Origin: a virus
DNA length: 64,000 nt
Strand: one strand, 5' to 3'
IMG/VR virus record: IMGVR_UViG_3300049046_000039
Span: 32,001-96,000 of that record
Shown: positions 26,557 to 34,461 of the stretch, piece by piece
Position numbering within the stretch: the stretch's first letter is position 1
How the letters are laid out: each line of letters starts with the position of its first letter
The notes under the pieces: model-generated
Database searches by the model: none
The model's input: the letters and a program-made list of their open reading frames with translations, nothing else
Told to the model about the DNA's origin: nothing
Position numbers and translations under genes: made by a program

Positions 26557-26684
26557 CAGGCTAGCTTTTGTGCTTTACGCGCTCTATCCAGCTGAGCTAC
26601 TCTCCCGCATGGTGGGAGAGGTGGGATTCGAACCACACGACCTCGTCCTTCTAATGGAATGCAATGAGTTGCTGAAACTAACCT
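26557..26684 (-). ncRNA. CAGCAA-box RNA unit D (permuted tRNA with internal ACCA)
   Basis: AGGTTAG-TTTCAGCAA...CTAGCCT; T arm, CTCTCCC-ACCA-TGC-GGGAGAG, then TAGCTCAGCTGGATAGAGC D arm. Confidence 0.82.
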
Positions 26685-26692
26685 AAAGTTAA

Positions 26693-26818
26693 CAGATTCG
26701 CTTTTTTATCTAACGTGCTACTATTACACCACACCCCGATAGATGGCCGGGGTGCCAGGAATTGCACCTGGACCTTTCCTTTAACAGAGGAATGATAGAG
26801 AGTTGCTGAAACGAATCT
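26693..26818 (-). ncRNA. CAGCAA-box RNA unit E (permuted tRNA-Asn(GUU)-like with internal GCCA)
   Basis: AGATTCG-TTTCAGCAA...CGAATCT; TTCCT-CTGTTAA-AGGAA; CCAGG-TGCAATT-CCTGG; CACCCCG-GCCA-TCTAT-CGGGGTG; D arm. Confidence 0.82.
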
Positions 26819-26821
26819 AAA

Positions 26822-26941
26822 TCACAGTGACCAGACGTCGGCGTCGTCTAAGCCGTCATCGTAGCCTTTTCGGTTTGTTGGATCGATAGCTGCGGCCAGA
26901 ACTATGAGGCCGAAAGAAACCAAGATAATGGTAGCAATCAT
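26822..26941 (-). CDS. Small membrane peptide (39 aa; absent from ORF track)
   Basis: GGAGG SD; MIATIILVSFGLIVLAAAID... Confidence 0.55.
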   Translation of the reverse strand: MIATIILVSFGLIVLAAAIDPTNRKGYDDGLDDADVWSL

Positions 26942-27096
26942 ACTATTAACCCTCCAAAACTCGTGTTAGCACTATAAGTGCAGCGTTGAACTGCTTTCCC
27001 TTATTGTGTCGAATATCGTGAGCGAACCAAGGTTTGCCCTCGGCGTCGTATTGATCAGCCAGGAGGTTTCGTGCCTCCTGGCTGATCAGAGATGAC

Positions 27097-28548
27097 TTAC
27101 CTGAAGTCATACTTAGACTGCATGACAGTCTTACGCATGATACCTTCGGGAGTCATGTCGTCGTAGTTAGCGCCGAGAACGGCCTTCATGATCGCTGGCG
27201 AGAAGCCAGAGACGAGGGCAGTTCCAGTCTCGTCGAATGAAACCGGCACGTTACCGTGAGAGTTGAGGTTCCAGAAGACTACTGCCGGAGCTTCGTAACC
27301 AGCACGACGGTACTCGTTACGGATCATCTCGATTGCTCGAGGGTCGTGAGCTTTCGCGCTAGAGCTCCAGCCGCCGCCACCAGTGCCTACGCACTGGTTG
27401 AACTGCATGTCAGACATGATTAGGAGCATCGTTGGCATTTCTGCCGCAGGCACCTTACCCTTGACTGCAGTATCGAGGATGCGATGGAGCGCCTTCTCGA
27501 GGTCGGTAGACATGTTCCAAGACGATCTCGCCATGGCGTTGTATCGCTGAGACAGCGTACCCTTGACGGTCACGAACTCAGGCTCACTGGAGAAGGTAAG
27601 GAACATGTCCTTGAACTTACCAGTGTTCTTGCTCGCGCAATAGAGACCTAGAGAGATCGCTACGTCGAGACAGGTGACATCCACGCCCTTCGTACCACCG
27701 CCGGCGCGGCAGCCCATAGAACCTGAAACGTCTACCAGAGGCAGAACGTTAGCGTCGCCGATAAAGTTAGGTAGAGCGTCCCACTGAGCGTTAGCCACGG
27801 TAGAGTCACCGTATCTCACGGTCTTGATGATGTCGTAAGGGTATACGGCACCAGCGTTGACCTTGACACCCTTGTCGCCACGCTTGAGAGCTTCCTTGTA
27901 TGCAGTGAACTGCGTAGGAGCCTTCTTAGCGAAAGCCTTGGTGTAGCGAGACATAGCCAGAGAAGGAACGTGGTTGAAGTTGATAGCTTCAAACTCACGG
28001 TTACACATCTGAGTCTCGACAACTCTCGTGAGGTTCACGAGCAGCTTGCGGTACTGCTTTGGAGACATTGCCATGAAGTTGCGCAGCTCTACAGCCTTAG
28101 CGCCCTTACGTGGCATCCACTTAGCGGCCAGACCATTACCGTTCTGGAGGTTCTCCTGAATGAGAGAGAACGCTACAGACTTCACTTCCTCGGTGTTGAA
28201 CACGAGAAGGTCGTCGAAGCGGCCCAGATCAGGAACACGCGACAGAAGGTTAGTCTTGGTGAGGTAGTCAGGGTTGACTTTCTCGAGATGGAGAAGGATG
28301 TCGCGGAAGAGCTTACGCTCACCGGCGCCGCCGCGGATGTCGCGAGCCCAGAGGGCGATACGGATAGCCAGTTCGCTGTCTTCTACCAGCGCCTTGTTGA
28401 AGAGGCCGGTAACGTCCTTGCCACGCATAGCGCCGATCTGACCAAAGAGGTCTACGTTGGCGCGCATGGTTGACTTGTATGCAGCCATGCCATTCGTGGT
28501 CTTGGTTTTTACAGGAGTGTTGTTTACTGCATTCGCAAAAGTATTCAT
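27097..28548 (-). CDS. TROVE-like helical domain + vWA protein (DUF2828-type, Ro60-like architecture)
   Basis: RDIRGGAGER, GRFDDL, AAKWMPR; MIDAS DVSGSM and SDMQF; VFWNL, LVSGFSP. Confidence 0.85.
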   Translation of the reverse strand: MNTFANAVNNTPVKTKTTNGMAAYKSTMRANVDLFGQIGAMRGKDVTGLFNKALVEDSELAIRIALWARDIRGGAGERKLFRDILLHLEKVNPDYLTKTNLLSRVPDLGRFDDLLVFNTEEVKSVAFSLIQENLQNGNGLAAKWMPRKGAKAVELRNFMAMSPKQYRKLLVNLTRVVETQMCNREFEAINFNHVPSLAMSRYTKAFAKKAPTQFTAYKEALKRGDKGVKVNAGAVYPYDIIKTVRYGDSTVANAQWDALPNFIGDANVLPLVDVSGSMGCRAGGGTKGVDVTCLDVAISLGLYCASKNTGKFKDMFLTFSSEPEFVTVKGTLSQRYNAMARSSWNMSTDLEKALHRILDTAVKGKVPAAEMPTMLLIMSDMQFNQCVGTGGGGWSSSAKAHDPRAIEMIRNEYRRAGYEAPAVVFWNLNSHGNVPVSFDETGTALVSGFSPAIMKAVLGANYDDMTPEGIMRKTVMQSKYDFR

Positions 28549-28567
28549 GTTGTATTCTCCTAATTCA

Positions 28568-28623
28568 CGGGCTCAGTTTGGTTTGCTGTTTTCCGAAAGC
28601 TATGAGTTGCGGAATTGAGCCCT
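28568..28623 (-). ncRNA. CAGCAA-box RNA unit F (minimal, in leader of the TROVE-like gene)
   Basis: GGGCTCA-ATTCCGCAA...TGAGCCC. Confidence 0.7.
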
Positions 28624-28630
28624 AATAAAA

Positions 28631-28816
28631 CGGGATGCGCGGCTTGCTTACTGCCTGCTGAACTAGCCACACGTCGCAGTGACCTCGATCTCTTATTCGG
28701 AGGAGCACCTACACCGTTTATGCTCATGAAACGGTACAATTGGGACGGCGGCCGAAGCCCCGCCGATCGCTAGAAGACCTCGTTAGAGGCCGGTCAGTTT
28801 TTGCTGAAGTCATCCC
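28631..28816 (-). ncRNA. CAGCAA-box RNA unit G (long multi-hairpin payload)
   Basis: GGGATG-ACTTCAGCAA...CATCCC; internal hairpins including a C(TTCG)G tetraloop. Confidence 0.7.
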
Positions 28817-28824
28817 ATGACTTG

Positions 28825-28898
28825 TGGAGCGGATAGCGAGACTCGAACTCGCCTCATCTGGTTGGAAGCCAGGTGCTTTACCTCTAAGCTATACCCGC
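28825..28898 (-). tRNA. tRNA-Gly(UCC)
   Basis: Loop CTTCCAA; GCGGGTA acceptor; TCCA end. Confidence 0.92.
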
Positions 28899-28967
28899 CC
28901 TATTGGATTATGTGCTAATATATATACCCGTTCCAAATAAATGTCAACAGGTTTTTAACATTTTTTC

Positions 28968-29522
28968 TTAATCGTGATCGTAATCACTGACTTCGATGCC
29001 GTTAGCTCGAGTGATCATTACAGTAACGTGATCGCCGAACATAGCGCGCATAATGTCTTCGTTATTAGACACCAGACCGTTAAACCTACGCATGGCTTCT
29101 CTCTCGGACTCAGGAATGGCCATGTCCTTCTTAAGTCGATCGATCGCGTCCTGCCAGTACTGAGAGTCTCGATCCTGATTGAGGTACCCCTCGTATCGCT
29201 TTACTTCAGACTCACTGGCGTCGAAGTTAATATGAACGCCGTAGTAGCGGTCTGCGTAGCTCTCGTCTTCATCTTCACTGAAGAGATCCTCTTCTCGAAC
29301 AAAATAGAGAGTGTTTACGCTAAATACGCACTCCTCACCGTCATTGAAGTAGGGTGTGTACTGCGTCCAAGTAACTGCTGCTACTGTCGGAGCTTCATTG
29401 AAGAATGCTTCAACGACAGACTTAAACTTTTCTTGAACAGAAGCCTGAAATGCTTCGGCCTGAGCCTGAAGCGTGGCCTGATGCGCGCTGATGGCGTCGG
29501 TAATTTGCTTAAGCTCACTCAA
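28968..29522 (-). CDS. Hypothetical protein
   Basis: WTQYTPYFNDGEECVF...FGDH...YDHD. Confidence 0.8.
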   Translation of the reverse strand: MSELKQITDAISAHQATLQAQAEAFQASVQEKFKSVVEAFFNEAPTVAAVTWTQYTPYFNDGEECVFSVNTLYFVREEDLFSEDEDESYADRYYGVHINFDASESEVKRYEGYLNQDRDSQYWQDAIDRLKKDMAIPESEREAMRRFNGLVSNNEDIMRAMFGDHVTVMITRANGIEVSDYDHD

Positions 29523-29886
29523 CTTTCTTACCCTTTTCCTCAGGCGTCTTATGCGCCATCTTATGCTTCATTGTTCCAGACATCCAACCCTCGATTGGCA
29601 TGGTGCCTAACCACTTCTCGACTGTTGGAATGAAGCCCAAGTCCTCGATGATGTGCTCTTCGGCGATGTCTCGAGTACTGACTTCCTTACCGTCGAGATT
29701 GATGATAGTCTTACCGAACACTTGCTCTACGAGATAGCATCCGAAAGACGAGTGAAGAATAGCTCTATGCCGAATGTCTGGCATAGCGATCTTCGTCTGA
29801 TCGATAAAGTCGTGAATCGGCATGTAGTCAGAAGGAGTTCCACCCCATCGCTTTACGCTAATTCTCGCGTGAAGAAAGGGCTTCAT
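29515..29886 (-). CDS. Conserved phage protein (DUF6915-like)
   Basis: PFLHA..S...WGG...DY..IHDFID...HRAILH...AEEHI.EDLG.IP. Confidence 0.75.
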   Translation of the reverse strand: MKPFLHARISVKRWGGTPSDYMPIHDFIDQTKIAMPDIRHRAILHSSFGCYLVEQVFGKTIINLDGKEVSTRDIAEEHIIEDLGFIPTVEKWLGTMPIEGWMSGTMKHKMAHKTPEEKGKKVE

Positions 29887-30260
29887 TACCAGTCTCCGCT
29901 AGAGCCGCCACCGCCAAAGTCTCCACCGCCGCCAGAGAAGCTACTCGAAGAGTCTGAGGAACTAGAAGAGTCCGAAGAACTCCATCCGTAGTCGCTCGAA
30001 GAGTCTGAGCTGCCAGATGATCCACCAAAGATCATAGCGCTGGAAGTGGGTGTGTAGTCGTCGTCAGATCTACGCGAGTAGCTCGATCCGTAAGTAGAAG
30101 TCTTTCTCTTCGGCTTTGACTTGTAAGAGTCTAGGCGAAGCCGAGCCGCATTGATGCTGTCGCGAAGCTGCTCTTTGCTCTCGAGAGTCTTAGCGACTTC
30201 AGAAGTAGAGTAGACGCGCTCTGACTTATTGCGCTTAAACAAGCGCTTGAGGAAACACAT
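29886..30260 (-). CDS. Hypothetical protein with Ser/Gly-rich tail
   Basis: Ends FSGGGGDFGGGGSSGDW. Confidence 0.7.
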   Translation of the reverse strand: MCFLKRLFKRNKSERVYSTSEVAKTLESKEQLRDSINAARLRLDSYKSKPKRKTSTYGSSYSRRSDDDYTPTSSAMIFGGSSGSSDSSSDYGWSSSDSSSSSDSSSSFSGGGGDFGGGGSSGDW

Positions 30261-30270
30261 ATTGTTCTCC

Positions 30271-30405
30271 AAAAAAGAAGGTGGGGCATCACTCTCGCGT
30301 TAAGAGAAGGAGAAAACGCAGCAAGGAGGTGATTAGAGTGATGCCCCGTTTAGCCGTGCCTGCCAGCACCGGCTAAACTCGTTATCAAGCCATCTAGTCT
30401 TGATG
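30271..30405 (-). ncRNA. Candidate sRNA with anti-Shine-Dalgarno loop
   Basis: TTGACA/TATAAT promoter at 30439-30411; three hairpins; 13-bp GGGGCATCACTCT stem enclosing ATCACCTCCTT; T-tract. Confidence 0.7.
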
Positions 30406-30537
30406 GAGTGATTATACTATAGTCACGGGAAAATGTCAACAGGTTTTTAGCGACTATTCAATATTTGCTTTCGTATTTCGTTCACTATATGTTCCGTTTT
30501 GGAGGTTTCCGACCGGTTTTACGGGCACTCAACAATA

Positions 30538-30795
30538 CTAGAAATATTCGCTAGCGCGAAGCAGCGCGTCCTCACAATCTTCCAGTTCAGACTCGGATAT
30601 GCGCTTCCACATAGCGTCGGTGATGGGATGATCGGAAAGAAACGCGATGTCGTCTATCTCGGGTGTTGGATAGTCTACGCCCACGTCTGGCTCGGGTGGA
30701 TGAACTCGACCGTACACTAGTACCGGAAGACCACCTAATATTCTAGCTTCGGCTTCTACAGTGTTGTAGTAGATTCTGCGGTGCTTCTTCTTCAC
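30538..30795 (-). CDS. Hypothetical protein
   Basis: ORF in tightly packed run. Confidence 0.65.
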   Translation of the reverse strand: MKKKHRRIYYNTVEAEARILGGLPVLVYGRVHPPEPDVGVDYPTPEIDDIAFLSDHPITDAMWKRISESELEDCEDALLRASEYF

Positions 30796-30796
30796 G

Positions 30797-31066
30797 CTAC
30801 TTACCGAACGTGTTCTTGAACGGACTGGGCATAGTGGACTGCTTCTTGGGAGTAGCGTCCTGCCACTCCTGGTAGTAGTCCTCCAGCTTCTTCCACTCCT
30901 TGTCGAAGTCTTTCTTGCCGTTCGAGCTGAGAGTCTCTTTGTAGGCGGCGATCCACTCTTCGGCCTCGATCCAGAAGCGGATGTTCTTACCGTTGATTCT
31001 GTTCGCCTCGTCCATCTGGACCGCTCGGCGATACCTCTCCCAGAAGAACCTTACTATATCCTGCAC
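30797..31066 (-). CDS. Hypothetical protein
   Basis: GGAGG SD, GTG start. Confidence 0.65.
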   Translation of the reverse strand: MQDIVRFFWERYRRAVQMDEANRINGKNIRFWIEAEEWIAAYKETLSSNGKKDFDKEWKKLEDYYQEWQDATPKKQSTMPSPFKNTFGK

Positions 31067-31067
31067 G

Positions 31068-31373
31068 CTAACCTCCCGTGTATCCCCAAGTCTTAGTGAT
31101 GTCGTTTACTGTAGACGAGTACTTGATGTCGTCTAGAAGCAGAGTGCAGAACGCAAGAAGAACTAGCGAGTCTCGATCTTCTACTCCGTCTATCTGAAAG
31201 TGCCTCGCTTCGACGCCACACCGCATCATTCGTTCTTGAATTGCTGGAGTCAAGCTGTCCATGCTCGGAGAAGCTGGAGTGTTGTTAAACGTCTCAGTCC
31301 AGCGAGACTTTACGTCTTTAACCCAGCTACGAAATTCAGCCTTCTTGCTTACCGACGATGCTATATCCGGCAT
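31068..31373 (-). CDS. Hypothetical protein
   Basis: GGAGG SD before MPDIASS. Confidence 0.65.
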   Translation of the reverse strand: MPDIASSVSKKAEFRSWVKDVKSRWTETFNNTPASPSMDSLTPAIQERMMRCGVEARHFQIDGVEDRDSLVLLAFCTLLLDDIKYSSTVNDITKTWGYTGG

Positions 31374-31580
31374 ACGGACCTCCAAAATGACATCTTGACG
31401 AACCCTTCTCGCGATAGCACTTATCGCACACCGGGCAACTGCACTCTTCGTACTCTGGCTCTACTCGCTTCTTACTCATCGTCTTCTCCTGGCCAGTAGA
31501 CCGGATGTCCCGGCGGTAAGTGGAAAGCGTTAGAGCAGAACTGGCCGCCCTCGTAAGGCTCGCCGCAGGTAGGGCACACT

Positions 31581-32063
31581 TTACTCTCCATGGTAGAAGT
31601 ACAGTATCTCTGAGAAGCCCTCGCTCTCGTGCGGCGGCTGCATTCTCTTTCTCATGTTCTCTACCACTTCGTGTGAGACCACCTTCTCGGGTCGTCTCGC
31701 TCTGCGATGGAGTAGGACTTCGTACTCGACGTCGTGAAACACTGCCACTACGTCGTATCCAGCTTTCCTAAGCGGAGTAATGAGCGCGGCTCTGGCATCT
31801 CTACTCAAGTTTGTACGATCGATTACTAAATTCTTATCGGTCTCGATAGCTCGATCTATGTCTCTGTTGAAGACTCGGTTAGCGAACTGGATGAGATCGT
31901 GAAACACTTCGTTGTAGCCAAAGTCGTACTTCGAGGATACGAAGTCTATGACGTGATCGCTAGAAGCTGCTATATAACTGCCATCGTGGAAAGCATTGTT
32001 CTTTCTAACCCAAGTAGACTTGCCGGAGTAAGGAAGTCCGATCATCATGTATGCAGTCTTCAT
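31581..32063 (-). CDS. P-loop kinase (AAA_33 / polynucleotide kinase-like)
   Basis: GLPYSGKST, VIDRTN, R...R, EGF. Confidence 0.88.
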   Translation of the reverse strand: MKTAYMMIGLPYSGKSTWVRKNNAFHDGSYIAASSDHVIDFVSSKYDFGYNEVFHDLIQFANRVFNRDIDRAIETDKNLVIDRTNLSRDARAALITPLRKAGYDVVAVFHDVEYEVLLHRRARRPEKVVSHEVVENMRKRMQPPHESEGFSEILYFYHGE

Positions 32064-32337
32064 CTATTCTCTTTTCGTATAGATCGCTGGCAGTGACCCA
32101 TCTTACCCTCGATCATGAAGAACATTCTGTCTATAGCGTACTCGGCTATCTTAGCCCAAGTGAATCCCTGGTTAGAGTAGCTACCTACTACGGCACTTAT
32201 CGTCGTGTACGCGCAGGGCGCGGGGTGACCTAGTATCACGTAGAACGGAATGCATATGATAAGTCCGAGACCGATGTCTATCCACACTAGTATCTCAAGC
32301 AGACATTTAAGTATTCTATTCCTTATTGCCAGAAGCA
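32060..32337 (-). CDS. Membrane-associated hypothetical protein
   Basis: Hydrophobic segment, TISA..G and ID..F....GHC motifs; start approximate. Confidence 0.55.
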
Positions 32338-32372
32338 TTATAACAAGGCTAGAAAAAAATGTCAACATGTGT

Positions 32373-32792
32373 TTAAACCTTTTTTGGCAAATGCCTTGCG
32401 TGAATCTTACAATTGATGATACCGTTGTAGTACGAGTCAGTTAACAGAACTTCACGAATTATCTGCTCTTTGATCTCGAGATAAGACATCTCTCCCTTAG
32501 CAGTACAGATGTGTAGTATCTCTCGCTTGAAGTTCTTTACGCCGAGCTTCTCGACGTCCTCCTGCAGCTCCTTATTCGAGCCGTAGTACTCTTTCCAGTC
32601 AGACGGAACTAGAACACGACGATTTCGGCCCTGAATCTTTTTCTTACGAGAGAAAAAGAAGAGCTTCTTACCAACGTACTTGCGCTTGGTCTTTTTATTT
32701 GTTATGAGATAGACGAAGCCAACTTTACCTTCAGCATCAGCGTCAGTAAAGTTGGCTCCTTTGTAGGTCCATGGGTTTATATAGTCTTCCAT
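32373..32792 (-). CDS. GIY-YIG (Seg-like) endonuclease
   Basis: GFVYLITN......YVGKK, W..YYGS, F.REIL, YYN. Confidence 0.88.
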   Translation of the reverse strand: MEDYINPWTYKGANFTDADAEGKVGFVYLITNKKTKRKYVGKKLFFFSRKKKIQGRNRRVLVPSDWKEYYGSNKELQEDVEKLGVKNFKREILHICTAKGEMSYLEIKEQIIREVLLTDSYYNGIINCKIHARHLPKKV

Positions 32793-32812
32793 GGACTATT
32801 TATGTAGTTCGA

Positions 32813-33040
32813 TTAGGCGGTTGGTGTTACCGGCAGAATCGTGGTCTTAGAGTCCGCCTGGTGACGGAAGACGATGGTAAGAATACCGAGTGCACCAACT
32901 ACGATTTCACCGATGACGGTTTCAGTAATAACTGGTGGAAGAATAATGCCGAAAGCATTTAGAAAAGCGATAAGAGCTGTTAGGAAGCCCATCCATACAG
33001 TCTTAGACATCCATAGTGGCTTAGTTGTTTCCATCTTCAT
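32813..33040 (-). CDS. Small two-TM holin-like protein
   Basis: KPLWMSKTVW followed by two TM segments. Confidence 0.6.
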   Translation of the reverse strand: MKMETTKPLWMSKTVWMGFLTALIAFLNAFGIILPPVITETVIGEIVVGALGILTIVFRHQADSKTTILPVTPTA

Positions 33041-33530
33041 TTTCCTTTTTTGGTCGCCAAGTTGGATCTAAACCCTTTACTTGGACTTCGTTAAACGTTA
33101 TACTCATTGCTGGGTAGTCAGTCGGAAGTTCACCCACGTAGTCATAAGAAACTGTAATGTGCGCTATATAGTCAGGATAGTCTGACGTAGCTCCATAGTC
33201 TCTTTTCAGGTCTGCATTAATCTTCTGCAGCTGATCAGAGTGCACGTGAGCTACTAGACACCTGCCTATTGGCGCGTCAAATATCTTCCAGCCGACAATA
33301 TCGCCGTGAATTGGTAAGTTAAAGTCGTACTCTTTTGCATCGGGGCAAGGAGTCTTACTGTAAATTACCGTCACGTGATATTCGTGCTTGTCCAACGGAT
33401 TACTTATCTTATTAAGAACCACCCAATTGTACAAATTATCTTTGTCTACATCGGTTGGCTTAACATTTATGTAAGTGCCGTTAGAATGATCGTCTTGTTC
33501 TTCAGCTATAAACTGCTTAAAGCTCATCAT
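33021..33530 (-). CDS. acb1: 2H phosphoesterase, T4 gp57B / anti-CBASS Acb1-like
   Basis: YHVTVIYSK and YIAHITVSYD HxT motifs, GAT.DYPDY; start MMSFKQFIAE. Confidence 0.85.
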   Translation of the reverse strand: MMSFKQFIAEEQDDHSNGTYINVKPTDVDKDNLYNWVVLNKISNPLDKHEYHVTVIYSKTPCPDAKEYDFNLPIHGDIVGWKIFDAPIGRCLVAHVHSDQLQKINADLKRDYGATSDYPDYIAHITVSYDYVGELPTDYPAMSITFNEVQVKGLDPTWRPKKENEDGNN

Positions 33531-33756
33531 CCTCATCTTCTTCATCATCGTCCTTCCAGTCTGGAAAGACTTCATATAGTGCGTCGTCAAACGCAGGGTC
33601 GATACCTAGACACTCGTCTAGAGTATCGCAGTCAAAGTCAGTTGCAGCCTCGATCATGACCATGTAGACATCTTTTCGAGTATCTTTGTCGTCGACAAGA
33701 TCTTTAATGCCACTGACCATCTGAGCTACAAGCATAGATCCGCTTGCCCATCCCAT
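33517..33756 (-). CDS. Acidic hypothetical protein
   Basis: MGWASGS...DCDT..EC.G.D.AFD. Confidence 0.75.
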   Translation of the reverse strand: MGWASGSMLVAQMVSGIKDLVDDKDTRKDVYMVMIEAATDFDCDTLDECLGIDPAFDDALYEVFPDWKDDDEEDEDDEL

Positions 33757-33767
33757 TAGCGTGTTCC

Positions 33768-34124
33768 TTAGTATTGATGGTAGACAGCGTGTCCGCTGTT
33801 AACCAGTGTGTCGTTTACGGACTGCTCTTTACCTTCAATGTATATTGTAGCAATCCATCTTCCATACTTGTCGCGAGTATCTCTATGGCTGTCAATGACA
33901 ACTTTAGTTCCTACTGGAAGTAACTCTTTAAGAAAAACTGTTGATGCCTTTCCTTCGACAGTAAATCTTTCTGGCGCGTTTATGTCGTTCAGTCTAAATC
34001 TTTCGGTAAAGTTTATTCTGAAGCCTAAGTCAACTACAAGATCTACGGTGTCTCCGTCTACGATGTTATGTACTGTTGCTTGATATCTGTAGTTGAATGG
34101 TTCCACGCTATTATCTTTCGTCAC
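33768..34124 (-). CDS. Thermonuclease (SNase-like)
   Basis: IVDGDTVD...DLGF, R...INAPE, DKYGR. Confidence 0.92.
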   Translation of the reverse strand: MTKDNSVEPFNYRYQATVHNIVDGDTVDLVVDLGFRINFTERFRLNDINAPERFTVEGKASTVFLKELLPVGTKVVIDSHRDTRDKYGRWIATIYIEGKEQSVNDTLVNSGHAVYHQY

Positions 34125-34461
34125 CGCTTCCGCTAAGAGTGCCTCGCTCCTGTCTAGAGCGAAGCTTCTCTAAATTGATCTTGGCTACGTCGTTTAGATC
34201 TACACCTAGCTCATTACAAGCCGCCGCCAAGTACCAAAGTACGTCGCCGACTTCCTTAACTAAAAGAGCGTGTCTCTCATTACTTAAGTCGCTCTTACCA
34301 ACACCAAAAGCTTCGTCTCTTATAGACTTGCCGACGTGTTCTGCGAACTCTCCGGCTTCGCCGTTCATCTTTAACGCCACGTACATTAATCCCATCGGCA
34401 TCTGCTTTCCAGGATATACTGCAGTTTTAGTCGCAGCGTTTTGATAGTCATTAAGCTCCAT
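34111..34461 (-). CDS. mazG: MazG-like nucleotide pyrophosphohydrolase
   Basis: GEAGE, KEVGDVLWY, NLEKL.SR..RG...GSGD.R. Confidence 0.93.
   Translation of the reverse strand: MELNDYQNAATKTAVYPGKQMPMGLMYVALKMNGEAGEFAEHVGKSIRDEAFGVGKSDLSNERHALLVKEVGDVLWYLAAACNELGVDLNDVAKINLEKLRSRQERGTLSGSGDER

Noticed and set aside
25888-26818. Calling units C, D and E ordinary tRNAs or simple pseudo-tRNAs
   Set aside because: C lacks a proper acceptor and CCA, D and E are permuted, and all sit in the same covarying scaffold
25671-28816. CRISPR array interpretation of the repeated TTGCTG units
   Set aside because: Only about 8 nt are conserved, spacing is irregular, inserts are structured tRNA-like sequences, and there is no cas operon. 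The Cas4-like gene at 13350 is a common T4-like exonuclease
29886-30130. Ser/Gly-rich low-complexity DNA as a repeat element
   Set aside because: It is the coding tail of a protein
33531-33590. Longer start for the Acb1-like ORF
   Set aside because: Overlaps the upstream gene; the GAGG SD supports 33530 or 33527
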